Positions 43,227 through 51,465 of a stretch of 64,000 bases of DNA are shown here, piece after piece. The notes below the pieces were generated by a model, which had not been told where the DNA came from, ran no database searches, and saw only the letters and a list, made by a program, of their open reading frames with translations. The position numbers and the translations under genes were made by a program. The DNA lies in the NCBI GenBank assembly GCA_946186505.1, contig CAMHNI010000001.1, positions 37,416 to 101,415 of the forward strand, read 5' to 3'. Positions within the stretch are counted from its first letter, which is position 1, and the number at the start of each line of letters is the position of its first letter. The DNA is from an uncultured Prevotellaceae bacterium (GTDB lineage Bacteria > Bacteroidota > Bacteroidia > Bacteroidales > Bacteroidaceae).

Positions 43227-45056
43227 ATGAAAGAATTCCTGAACGTGCTGAGGCGGTTTGTGCCGCCCTATAAGAAATACCTGGTGTTGTCGATTATCTT
43301 CAACATCCTGTCGGCAGTGCTCAACATCTTCTCGTTTGCAGCACTGATACCTATCCTGCAGATTCTGTTCCAGACGGGTGACGCCAAGGCGGCCACCGCT
43401 CTGATGGACTGGGACTGGGGAAACGTGCAGGATGTGCTGATGAACAACCTGAACTTCTACGTGAGTCAGCTTATCAACGAATACGGCCAGACCACGACGC
43501 TGCTGTTCATCGGCTTGTTCCTGGCCCTGACCACCGCCCTGAAGACGGGTGCATACTTCCTCTCGTCGGCCACCATCATCCCCATTCGCACTGGTGTGGT
43601 GCGCGACATCCGCAACCAGCTCTATCAGAAGATTACCGCCCTGCCATTAGGCTTCTTCAGCGAGGAGCGCAAGGGCGACATCATTGCCCGAATGAGCGGC
43701 GACGTGCAGGAGGTGGAGTCGAGCATCATGTCGAGTCTCGATATGCTGTTCAAGAATCCTATCCTCATCGTGGTCTATTTCGCCACACTGCTCTTCGTGT
43801 CGTGGCAGCTCACGCTGTTCACCATCATCTTCGTGCCAGTCTTCGGGTGGTTTATGGGACTCGTCGGGCGACGGCTGAAGCAGAAGAGCATCAAGGCACA
43901 GGCCTTGTGGAGCGACACGATGAGTCAGGTGGAGGAGACGTTAGGCGGACTGCGCATCATCAAGGCCTTCTGTGCCGAAGACAAGATGAATAAGCGCTTC
44001 GACAAGATCAACTGTGCCTACCGTAACGATATTATGCGCGTGAACATCCGCCAGTCGATGGCCCATCCGATGTCGGAGTTTCTGGGTACGGTGATGATCA
44101 TCATCGTGCTGTGGTTCGGAGGCATCCTCGTGCTGAACAGCAAAGCCATTACTGGTCCTACCTTCATCTACTATATGGTGATTCTCTACAGCATCATCCA
44201 GCCGTTGAAGGAGTTCTCGAAAGCGGGCTATAACATCCCGAAGGGCCTTGCCTCGATGGAGCGTATTGACAAAATCCTGAAGGCCGAGAACACCATCAAG
44301 GAAGTGGCACATCCACGACGGATTTCCAGCTTCGAGCATCAGATAGAGTTCCGTAACGTCTCGTTCAAGTATGGCGAGCAGTGGGTGTTGCGCGACATCA
44401 ACCTGACCATCCCCAAGGGCAAGACCGTTGCCCTCGTAGGACAGAGCGGCAGTGGCAAGTCGACACTCGTCGACCTCATCCCCCGTTACTACGACGTTCA
44501 GGAGGGTGAAGTGCTCATCGACGGCATCAACGTGAAGGAACTCGGCATCCACGACCTGCGACAGCTGATAGGCAATGTCAATCAGGAGGCCATCCTGTTT
44601 AACGATTCGTTCAGGAACAACATCTCATTCGGTGTTGAAAATGCCACTGAAGAACAGATTGCCGAGGCAGCGAAGATTGCCAATGCCTATGACTTCATCA
44701 TGGCATCGGAGAACGGTTTCGACACGAACATCGGCGACCGCGGCGGCAGACTCTCCGGTGGTCAGCGTCAGCGTGTGAGCATCGCCCGTGCCATCCTGAA
44801 GAATCCGCCGATTCTGATTCTCGACGAAGCCACCTCGGCACTTGACACGGAGAGCGAGCGACTGGTACAGGATGCATTGGAGCGACTGATGAAGACGCGT
44901 ACGACGGTGGCCATCGCCCACCGCCTGAGTACCATCAAGAATGCCGATGAGATATGCGTCATCCACGAAGGCCGCATCGTGGAGCGTGGCACGCACGAAG
45001 AATTGCTCAAAATCGACGGTTACTACAAGAAACTGCACGATATGCAACAAGTCTAA
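43227..45056 (+). CDS. ABC transporter permease/ATP-binding protein, MsbA-like lipid exporter
   Basis: 609 aa with a six-TM N-terminal domain. Motifs: Walker A GQSGSGKST, signature LSGGQRQR, Walker B ILILDEATSALD. Confidence 0.9.
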   Translation: MKEFLNVLRRFVPPYKKYLVLSIIFNILSAVLNIFSFAALIPILQILFQTGDAKAATALMDWDWGNVQDVLMNNLNFYVSQLINEYGQTTTLLFIGLFLALTTALKTGAYFLSSATIIPIRTGVVRDIRNQLYQKITALPLGFFSEERKGDIIARMSGDVQEVESSIMSSLDMLFKNPILIVVYFATLLFVSWQLTLFTIIFVPVFGWFMGLVGRRLKQKSIKAQALWSDTMSQVEETLGGLRIIKAFCAEDKMNKRFDKINCAYRNDIMRVNIRQSMAHPMSEFLGTVMIIIVLWFGGILVLNSKAITGPTFIYYMVILYSIIQPLKEFSKAGYNIPKGLASMERIDKILKAENTIKEVAHPRRISSFEHQIEFRNVSFKYGEQWVLRDINLTIPKGKTVALVGQSGSGKSTLVDLIPRYYDVQEGEVLIDGINVKELGIHDLRQLIGNVNQEAILFNDSFRNNISFGVENATEEQIAEAAKIANAYDFIMASENGFDTNIGDRGGRLSGGQRQRVSIARAILKNPPILILDEATSALDTESERLVQDALERLMKTRTTVAIAHRLSTIKNADEICVIHEGRIVERGTHEELLKIDGYYKKLHDMQQV

Positions 45057-45084
45057 GGTTTACTATTTACAATTTACGATTTGG
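45057..45084 (+). repeat. Heptanucleotide tandem repeat, 4 copies of NNTTTAC-like units, in the spacer before the next gene
   Basis: The sequence is ggtttac tatttac aatttac gatttgg. The last unit contains the TTG start at 45081. Confidence 0.7.
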
Positions 45085-46871
45085 CAGCGCGAATAAAGAC
45101 ATTAGTGAAGACGTTTTTGTGGACGGTGGTGGTGTTCATCATCGCCAAGATTGGATTCATGTTCTTCTGTCGCGAGGGGCACGGCTTTTCGGTAGCCGAC
45201 GTCATGCAGGTCATCACCCACGGTCTGTCGCTGGACCTCTCTACGGCACTTTATTTCCTCATTGTGCCTTTCCTGCTCACGATGACCAGCATCTGGGTGC
45301 GGGTGCCACGGTGGTTATACAACGCTTACTATGCTGTGATTGCCGTCGCTTTTGCCTTGGCCATTGTGGCCGACACCAGCCTCTACCCCTTTTGGGGCTT
45401 CAAGCTCGACGCCTCCTGTCTGCAATACCTGTCAACCCCCAACGAGGCTGCTGCCAGCGTCTCTACGGGTTATCTGTTGGTCAGGCTAGTTATACTAGTT
45501 ATTCTAGTCATACTAGTATATAAAGGATATACGCGCCCCCATATCCAATTCCAACCCTCTCGTCATCGCCTCGCTGAGACTGTGTCTTATCTCTTCTGCA
45601 TCCCGCTGATGGTGATTGGCATTCGTGGCGGCGTTGACGAATCGACGACGAACATCGGGCAGGTGTACTTCTCGCAGAACCAGTTCCTGAACCATTCGGC
45701 TGTCAACCCCGTGTTCAACTTCATCTATTCGCTGAGTCACCAACTGGGCAATGACAATGATTACCGGTTTACCGAACCCTCAGAATGTGTGGAGCTGGTG
45801 AAGGACATCTATACGACCGAGAGCATCGGCACCGACACGCTGCTCAACACCACGAGGCCCAATATCGTCATCATCCTCTTGGAGAGCTGTGGTGAGCAGT
45901 TCGCCGCCGTGATGCCCCGTCTGCAGCAGCTGAAGCAGGAGGGCATCTGGTTCAGCCAGTGCTACGGCAACAGCTGGCGCACGGACCGCGGCACCGTCTG
46001 CACCCTGAGCGGCTATCCGTCGTTCCCCTCCCTGTCGGTGATGAAGATGCCCGAGAAGAGCCGGTCGCTGCCCAGCATCGCCAGTAGGCTGCAGAAGGAA
46101 GGCTACCAGACCTCCTTCCTCTATGGCGGCGACATCAACTTCACAAACATGCGCAGCTATCTCATCGCTACGGGCTGGGAGAAGCTGACGTGGAAGAACG
46201 ACTACTCACGCGAAGAACAGAAGACGTCGGAATGGGGCGTCAGGGACGATATCACCTTCCAGACGCTCTTCAACCAGATATGCGCCTCTGACACAACCCG
46301 GCGTTTCCTCATCGGCTACTCCACCCTCAGCAGCCACGAACCATGGGACGTGCCCACGAAGCATCACGACGACGAGGTGCTCAATGCCTTCAGCTACCTT
46401 GACGATTGTCTTGGCGACTTCATCGACAAGCTGAAGCCGACCCCGCAATGGCAGGACCTGCTCGTCGTGCTGGTGGCTGATCATGGCATCAACTACAAAC
46501 AAATCGACGAGCAGCAGCCCCTGCTGCGCAATCATATCCCCCTGCTGATGGTGGGTGGTGCAGTCAAGGAGCCCCGTACCGTCACGACGCTCTGTAACCA
46601 GACCGACATCTGCGCCACGCTGCTGGGACAGCTTGCGCTGTCGCACGATGACTTCAGCTTCAGCCGCGACGTGCTCTCGAAGAGCTATCTGCATCCTACC
46701 GCCGTACACAACTACAACAACGCCCAGTTGCTCATCGACTCAACAGGGTATATCCTCTACGACTTCGACGCTAGCCGCTTCACCGTCAGCAAAAGCACTG
46801 ACCAGGAACGGCTGCTGCGCATCAACAAAGCTATCCTGCAACTTACCACCGACGACTTAATCAACAGATAA
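45081..46871 (+). CDS. LTA-synthase / sulfatase-family membrane phosphotransferase (alkaline-phosphatase superfamily)
   Basis: 596 aa with N-terminal TM helices and an extracytoplasmic sulfatase-like domain (NIVIILLESCG..., ...TDRGT..., ...LVADHG). The apparent start is TTG. There is no in-frame ATG before residue 27. Confidence 0.8.
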   Translation: MAARIKTLVKTFLWTVVVFIIAKIGFMFFCREGHGFSVADVMQVITHGLSLDLSTALYFLIVPFLLTMTSIWVRVPRWLYNAYYAVIAVAFALAIVADTSLYPFWGFKLDASCLQYLSTPNEAAASVSTGYLLVRLVILVILVILVYKGYTRPHIQFQPSRHRLAETVSYLFCIPLMVIGIRGGVDESTTNIGQVYFSQNQFLNHSAVNPVFNFIYSLSHQLGNDNDYRFTEPSECVELVKDIYTTESIGTDTLLNTTRPNIVIILLESCGEQFAAVMPRLQQLKQEGIWFSQCYGNSWRTDRGTVCTLSGYPSFPSLSVMKMPEKSRSLPSIASRLQKEGYQTSFLYGGDINFTNMRSYLIATGWEKLTWKNDYSREEQKTSEWGVRDDITFQTLFNQICASDTTRRFLIGYSTLSSHEPWDVPTKHHDDEVLNAFSYLDDCLGDFIDKLKPTPQWQDLLVVLVADHGINYKQIDEQQPLLRNHIPLLMVGGAVKEPRTVTTLCNQTDICATLLGQLALSHDDFSFSRDVLSKSYLHPTAVHNYNNAQLLIDSTGYILYDFDASRFTVSKSTDQERLLRINKAILQLTTDDLINR

Positions 46872-47821
46872 TGAAGCAACTCTCCTACCGCCTGCTCTAC
46901 GGCGTTACATACGTCATCTCACTGCTGCCCTTCTGGCTGCTCTACCTGATATCCGACGGGTTCTTCCTGCTGATTTATTATATAGTTAGGTACAGGCGTG
47001 GGATTGTCAGGAAGAATCTCGCCACTTCTTTCCCGGAATACGACGCCGCTCATCTCCGTAAGTTGGAACGGCAGTTCTACCACTGGCTCTGCGACTATTT
47101 CGTGGAGACCGTCAAGCTGCTCAGCATCAGCAATGAGAAGCTGCTCCGCCGCATCGAGTTCAGGGGCGTCGAACAGCTGGAGCAGTGCTTTGACAACGGA
47201 CAGGACTGTGCCGCCATCCTCGGTCACTACTGCAACTGGGAGTGGCTCTCCGCCACGGGCCTGGCTTTCAAGCGTTATCCTGAGGCTGTGATGGGGCTCA
47301 TCTACCACCCCCTCTACAACGACGCCTTCGACCAGCTGTTTATTGACATCCGCAAGGCCCACGGAGGCGACTGCATCCCCAAACAGGACATCCTGCGCCA
47401 CCTCATCACCCTGAAACGCGAAAACCGCCGCTCGCTCTTAGGCTACATCAGCGACCAGGCTCCCCGCTGGCATAATATCCACCTGTGGCTGCCGTTCCTG
47501 AACCACGACACACCCGTATTTACCGGTGGCGAGCGCATCATGCGGAAGATGGACGATGCCGTCTTCTACGTCGAGATGGAGCGTCCTCGCCGCGGACAGT
47601 ATGTCTGCACCTTCAAGCTGGTCTCTCCCCACGCTGCCCAGGAACCGGAGAATGAGATTACCCGCCGCTTCTTCCAGATGCTGGAAGAGACCATCCGCAG
47701 GGCACCCTCCTACTACCTCTGGACGCACAACCGCTGGAAGCGCACCCACGAAGAGTTCGACCGTCAGTATGTGATGGTCAACGGCAAAGCTATCCCCAGA
47801 GAAGAATTCAAGGAATCATGA
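46871..47821 (+). CDS. Lipid A biosynthesis (Kdo)-lipid IVA acyltransferase family protein (LpxL/HtrB-like)
   Basis: 316 aa with an N-terminal TM helix. It carries the acyltransferase motif LGHYCNWEW (HX4D/E-like) and the family-typical ...YLWTHNRWK C-terminus. The start overlaps the previous stop (TAATG). Confidence 0.8.
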   Translation: MKQLSYRLLYGVTYVISLLPFWLLYLISDGFFLLIYYIVRYRRGIVRKNLATSFPEYDAAHLRKLERQFYHWLCDYFVETVKLLSISNEKLLRRIEFRGVEQLEQCFDNGQDCAAILGHYCNWEWLSATGLAFKRYPEAVMGLIYHPLYNDAFDQLFIDIRKAHGGDCIPKQDILRHLITLKRENRRSLLGYISDQAPRWHNIHLWLPFLNHDTPVFTGGERIMRKMDDAVFYVEMERPRRGQYVCTFKLVSPHAAQEPENEITRRFFQMLEETIRRAPSYYLWTHNRWKRTHEEFDRQYVMVNGKAIPREEFKES

Positions 47822-48582
47822 GCAGACATATCAGCATCAACCCCAAATACGAGCATCTGCGCGACTATGTCAGTCAGCTGCCCTCCATCATGGACAATGG
47901 CGGTACCTATATCTATGGCGGTCGGCGGAACCTTATCAAGCTCTTCGAGGCCGACGATGGCACGCTGTTGAATGTCAAGCGCTTCCGCAAGCCTCGCCTG
48001 CTGAATAATCTGATCTACTCCACGGGCATCCGCCAGCCCAAGGGCATCCGCGCCTTCACCTATCCTGAGCGTCTGCTCGCCAAAGGCATTGAGACACCGG
48101 AGGCAGTGGCCTATATCGAAGACCGCAGTGCCCTGGGACTGCTACAGCAGAGCTGGTTCGTCAGTCTGCAGTGCCCTTACAGTCATCTGCTCTACGAGCT
48201 GGGCGATGCTGCCCCTGAACTCTACGAACCCCTATCCGAGGCGCTGGCCCACTATGCGGCCTTCATGCACGAGCAGGAAGTGCTCCACCTCGACTTCTCG
48301 CCCGGCAATATCCTGTGGGAACAGACCCCTGACGGTGCGTTCCACTTCTCCATCGTCGATATCAACCGCATGCGCTTCGGAGCCGTCGATATGGACAGCG
48401 GTTGCAAGAGTTTTATCCGGCTTTGGGGCCCCAAACGGTTTATCCAACTGCTCGTCGAGGCATACGCCCGCCAGCGGCACTTCGACCCCGAGACCTGTGT
48501 CAGCATTACGATGAAGGCCCGTGCCGACTTCTGGCGGAGATATATGAAAAAGCGCGAAATAGAATTCAATCTGGAATTATGA
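47818..48582 (+). CDS. Lipopolysaccharide kinase family protein (Kdo kinase / InaA-like)
   Basis: 254 aa. It has a kinase catalytic-loop-like motif (LHLDFSPGNILWE) and IVDINRM. It overlaps both neighbours by 4 nt. Confidence 0.7.
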   Translation: MSRHISINPKYEHLRDYVSQLPSIMDNGGTYIYGGRRNLIKLFEADDGTLLNVKRFRKPRLLNNLIYSTGIRQPKGIRAFTYPERLLAKGIETPEAVAYIEDRSALGLLQQSWFVSLQCPYSHLLYELGDAAPELYEPLSEALAHYAAFMHEQEVLHLDFSPGNILWEQTPDGAFHFSIVDINRMRFGAVDMDSGCKSFIRLWGPKRFIQLLVEAYARQRHFDPETCVSITMKARADFWRRYMKKREIEFNLEL

Positions 48583-49418
48583 GACTACATAACGAAACCA
48601 ACTACGACATCCGCATCCTGCAACGGAAGATTATCGGCAATCTGGAGGCCATCGATGCCGTCTGCCGCGAACACGGCCTGCGCTATTATCTCTGGGCAGG
48701 CACGATGCTCGGTGCCGTACGCCACAAAGGGTTTATCCCTTGGGACGACGATATGGACATCTGTATGCCGCGACCCGACTACGAGCAACTCATCAGTCAC
48801 TGGCGCGAATGGCTGCCTCAGCCCTACGAGGTGATTGCTCCGGAGACCGATCCTACCTACCCTTATCCATTCGCCAAGATTGAGGATGCCTCGACAACGG
48901 TGCTTGAGCGCCCCGACTTCAAGTTTCTTGAAGGTGTCTATATCGATGTGTTCCCTATTGACGGAGCGCCAGCCGATGAGCAGGAGCGTAAGTCTCACTT
49001 CAAGCGCTATAAGTTCTGGCGGCATCTGCTGTTCCTCCGTGGGCGCGACCCCTTCAAGCACGGCCATGGTCCCCGCTCGTGGTTCCCGTGGCTGCTGCAT
49101 CGGGTCTATTCGCTCGAGAGTCTGCAGCAAAAGGTCAAGCGGTTTATGACGAAATATCCCTACGACGAGTCCGACTACGTCTGCGACTACGACGACGGTC
49201 TGCGGGGCGTTATCGAGAAGCGCATCCTCGGCACGCCGCAAGTCTATCCCTTCGAGGACAGGCAGTTCCTCGGTGTGGAGCACTACGATGAATACCTCTC
49301 CAACAAGTACGGCGACTACATGCAGTTGCCCCCGAAGGAGAAACAGATTCAGCACCACTTCTTCCGTTTAGACCTGAACCGTCCGTATAAACAGACCACT
49401 ATCGAGGATATCCTATGA
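48579..49418 (+). CDS. LicD family phosphotransferase (phosphocholine / phospho-alcohol transfer to glycans)
   Basis: The protein begins MRLHNETNY... and contains GLRYYLWAGTMLGAVRHKGFIPWDDDMDI (the LicD DxD motif). I trimmed the start to the ATG at 48579, which overlaps the previous stop as ATGA. Confidence 0.8.
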   Translation: MRLHNETNYDIRILQRKIIGNLEAIDAVCREHGLRYYLWAGTMLGAVRHKGFIPWDDDMDICMPRPDYEQLISHWREWLPQPYEVIAPETDPTYPYPFAKIEDASTTVLERPDFKFLEGVYIDVFPIDGAPADEQERKSHFKRYKFWRHLLFLRGRDPFKHGHGPRSWFPWLLHRVYSLESLQQKVKRFMTKYPYDESDYVCDYDDGLRGVIEKRILGTPQVYPFEDRQFLGVEHYDEYLSNKYGDYMQLPPKEKQIQHHFFRLDLNRPYKQTTIEDIL

Positions 49419-50431
49419 AGATACTCGTTGTCCGCTTCCGTCAGATGGGCGATGCCATTCTGGCCACACCCCTGCTCAGTACCCTGCACCGCAGCTTTCC
49501 TGACGCAGAGATTCACTTCGTGCTCAACGAGCGGATAGCCCCACTCTTTGAAGGTCATCCTGCCATTAGCCGCATCATCACCTTTAGCGATGCGGAGCGT
49601 CACGCCCCGATGACTTATCTCAGAAAGGTATGGCAGACGGTGCATCAGACACGCTACGATGCCATCATCGACATGCGTTCTACGCTGAACACGATGCCCT
49701 TCGCCCTCTTCTCGTTGCACAGCAGATGGCGCATCGGCATCCGGAAGCCCTACACCTTCGGCATCTATAACCACCGCATAGAGGGCTGTGAGGACGATGA
49801 AAGTATGATTACCCACAACCTGAAGTTGGCAGAACCCTTGAAGCCCACGGTCACTGACCGTAACCTCACGCTCAGCATCACGGAGAAGGAGAAGGCCGAC
49901 TTCCGTGCCTATATGCAGCACGAAGGCATCGACTTCAGCCGTCCTGTCCTGCTCGTGGGTGTAACGGCGAAACTCGAAAGCAAGACGTGGGCCGAAGACC
50001 GTATGACAGAGACCTTGCGCCGTCTGCTCGACGCCTTCCCCCACCTGCAGCTCATCTTCAACTACGCCCCGGGACGTGAGGCCGAGAATGCCCGTCGTAT
50101 CTACTCATTTCTTTCTCCGCATTCCTCCCTCCCTACAGGGGAGGGTCGGGGTGGGGCTTCAATCTTCCTCAACATCAACGCCAAGTCACCACGTGAGTTA
50201 GCCGCTATGGCCGCCAACTGCACAGCCTACTTCGGCAATGAGGGAGGCGGTCGTCACATCGTCCACGCTATGGGCAAGCCCTCACTCGTGGTCTGCTCTC
50301 CTATGGCCAGCAAGACCACATGGCTGCCGCAGGACACCGATGTCCTGGCCTGGGGCATCGATGCCAACAACGCTACTGTAGAAGAAGTATGGAGTCTGTT
50401 ACTTGCCTTCTGCAAGGAGCTGGCGATATAG
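49415..50431 (+). CDS. Glycosyltransferase family 9 (LPS heptosyltransferase-like)
   Basis: 338 aa: MKILVVRFRQMGDAILATPL... (GT9 N-terminus) and ...YFGNEGGGRHI... It contains the in-frame GC-rich mini-element. Confidence 0.8.
   Translation: MKILVVRFRQMGDAILATPLLSTLHRSFPDAEIHFVLNERIAPLFEGHPAISRIITFSDAERHAPMTYLRKVWQTVHQTRYDAIIDMRSTLNTMPFALFSLHSRWRIGIRKPYTFGIYNHRIEGCEDDESMITHNLKLAEPLKPTVTDRNLTLSITEKEKADFRAYMQHEGIDFSRPVLLVGVTAKLESKTWAEDRMTETLRRLLDAFPHLQLIFNYAPGREAENARRIYSFLSPHSSLPTGEGRGGASIFLNINAKSPRELAAMAANCTAYFGNEGGGRHIVHAMGKPSLVVCSPMASKTTWLPQDTDVLAWGIDANNATVEEVWSLLLAFCKELAI
50123..50159 (+). repeat. GC-rich hairpin plus G-tract mini-element, copy A, in sense orientation and in frame in the GT9 gene
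   Basis: The sequence is tcctccctccctacaggggagggtcggggtggggctt. CCCTCCC and GGGAGGG form the stem. The G tracts run GGGG A GGG TC GGGG T GGGG. It encodes SLPTGEGRGGA. Confidence 0.8.
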
Positions 50432-51457
50432 GCGGATGTACGCTTCCGTGTAAGACTGATAGTTGAATCCCTGAGAATGTTCCAAGGCTGCCGTAGCCTC
50501 CGGACCATCCTTCTGCCAGGCGGCAATGCCCTCGCGCACCACGGTGGCCATAGCAGCAGGCTCGTAATCATCCCAATAGGTGGCGTGACTGCTGCATACC
50601 TCCGGCAGACTGCTGAAGCGCGAAGAAAAAACCTTGCAGCGGTAGCGCATGGCCTCGAGCACAGGAATGCCGAAGCCCTCCAAACGACTCGGAAAGAGGA
50701 AAGCCTCCGCATGACTGTAGAGCCAGCGCTTCTCCTCGTCGCTGATCTTTCCCGTCAGCACAACTCGTCCTTCGCCCTCTGCCTCAATCAGCTTCCGTAG
50801 CTCCTGGGCAAAGGCAAAATGGTCGTCGCCACAGATGTAGAGCCTGTAGTCGGGCAAGTGCTTCATCATGGGCACCAGCGTCTGGAAATTCTTCTTCTCA
50901 CGAATCTGTCCGATGGTGAAGAAGAACGGCTTGTCATTGACGATAATGGCCGGACATTGCTGAGGCCCATCCTCATGGCTGGCAATGCCGTTGTATATCA
51001 CGTCGAGTGCTTTATTGCCAATATGGTAATGGGCCAAGATGTCATCCTTCACATACTGCGAGATACACGTCAGGTGGTCGCTGCGCCGCATGCGCCATTT
51101 CAGCTGAATGATATGCCGCCAACGGTGCAGGCCGCTCTTCTCGCGCAGGAAGTTCAGGTCGTGAACCGTCAACAGCTGGATGGTCTTGCTGTCGCCGCCC
51201 CGCAGATGGAACTGCTGGTCGGTGGCGTGCCAAAGGTCTATATGGCATGTCAGCTGCCTCAGGTCTTCGCGCTTCCTGCTTCGGCGGATATAGTCGATAT
51301 GAGGACCGAAGGTTCCCACCAAATGGTCGGGCACGACAAAGATCAAGTGCATATCGTCCAACTGTGCCTTGGCCAGCAGCGGCGCATAGTTTCGGGCAAT
51401 CTCGCCGAAGCCATTCATATCCGCCAGATGCGAAAAGTCAACTACTACGTTCTTCAT
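50399..51457 (-). CDS. Glycosyltransferase family 4 (GT1-type fold)
   Basis: The protein begins MKNVVVDFSHL... and contains the EX7E-type C-terminal motif ...FPSRLEGFGIPVLEAM... The ATG at 51457 is preferred to the TTG at 51469. Its 3' end overlaps the convergent GT9 gene by 33 nt. Confidence 0.85.
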   Translation of the reverse strand: MKNVVVDFSHLADMNGFGEIARNYAPLLAKAQLDDMHLIFVVPDHLVGTFGPHIDYIRRSRKREDLRQLTCHIDLWHATDQQFHLRGGDSKTIQLLTVHDLNFLREKSGLHRWRHIIQLKWRMRRSDHLTCISQYVKDDILAHYHIGNKALDVIYNGIASHEDGPQQCPAIIVNDKPFFFTIGQIREKKNFQTLVPMMKHLPDYRLYICGDDHFAFAQELRKLIEAEGEGRVVLTGKISDEEKRWLYSHAEAFLFPSRLEGFGIPVLEAMRYRCKVFSSRFSSLPEVCSSHATYWDDYEPAAMATVVREGIAAWQKDGPEATAALEHSQGFNYQSYTEAYIRLYRQLLAEGK

Positions 51458-51465
51458 CCTTCTTC

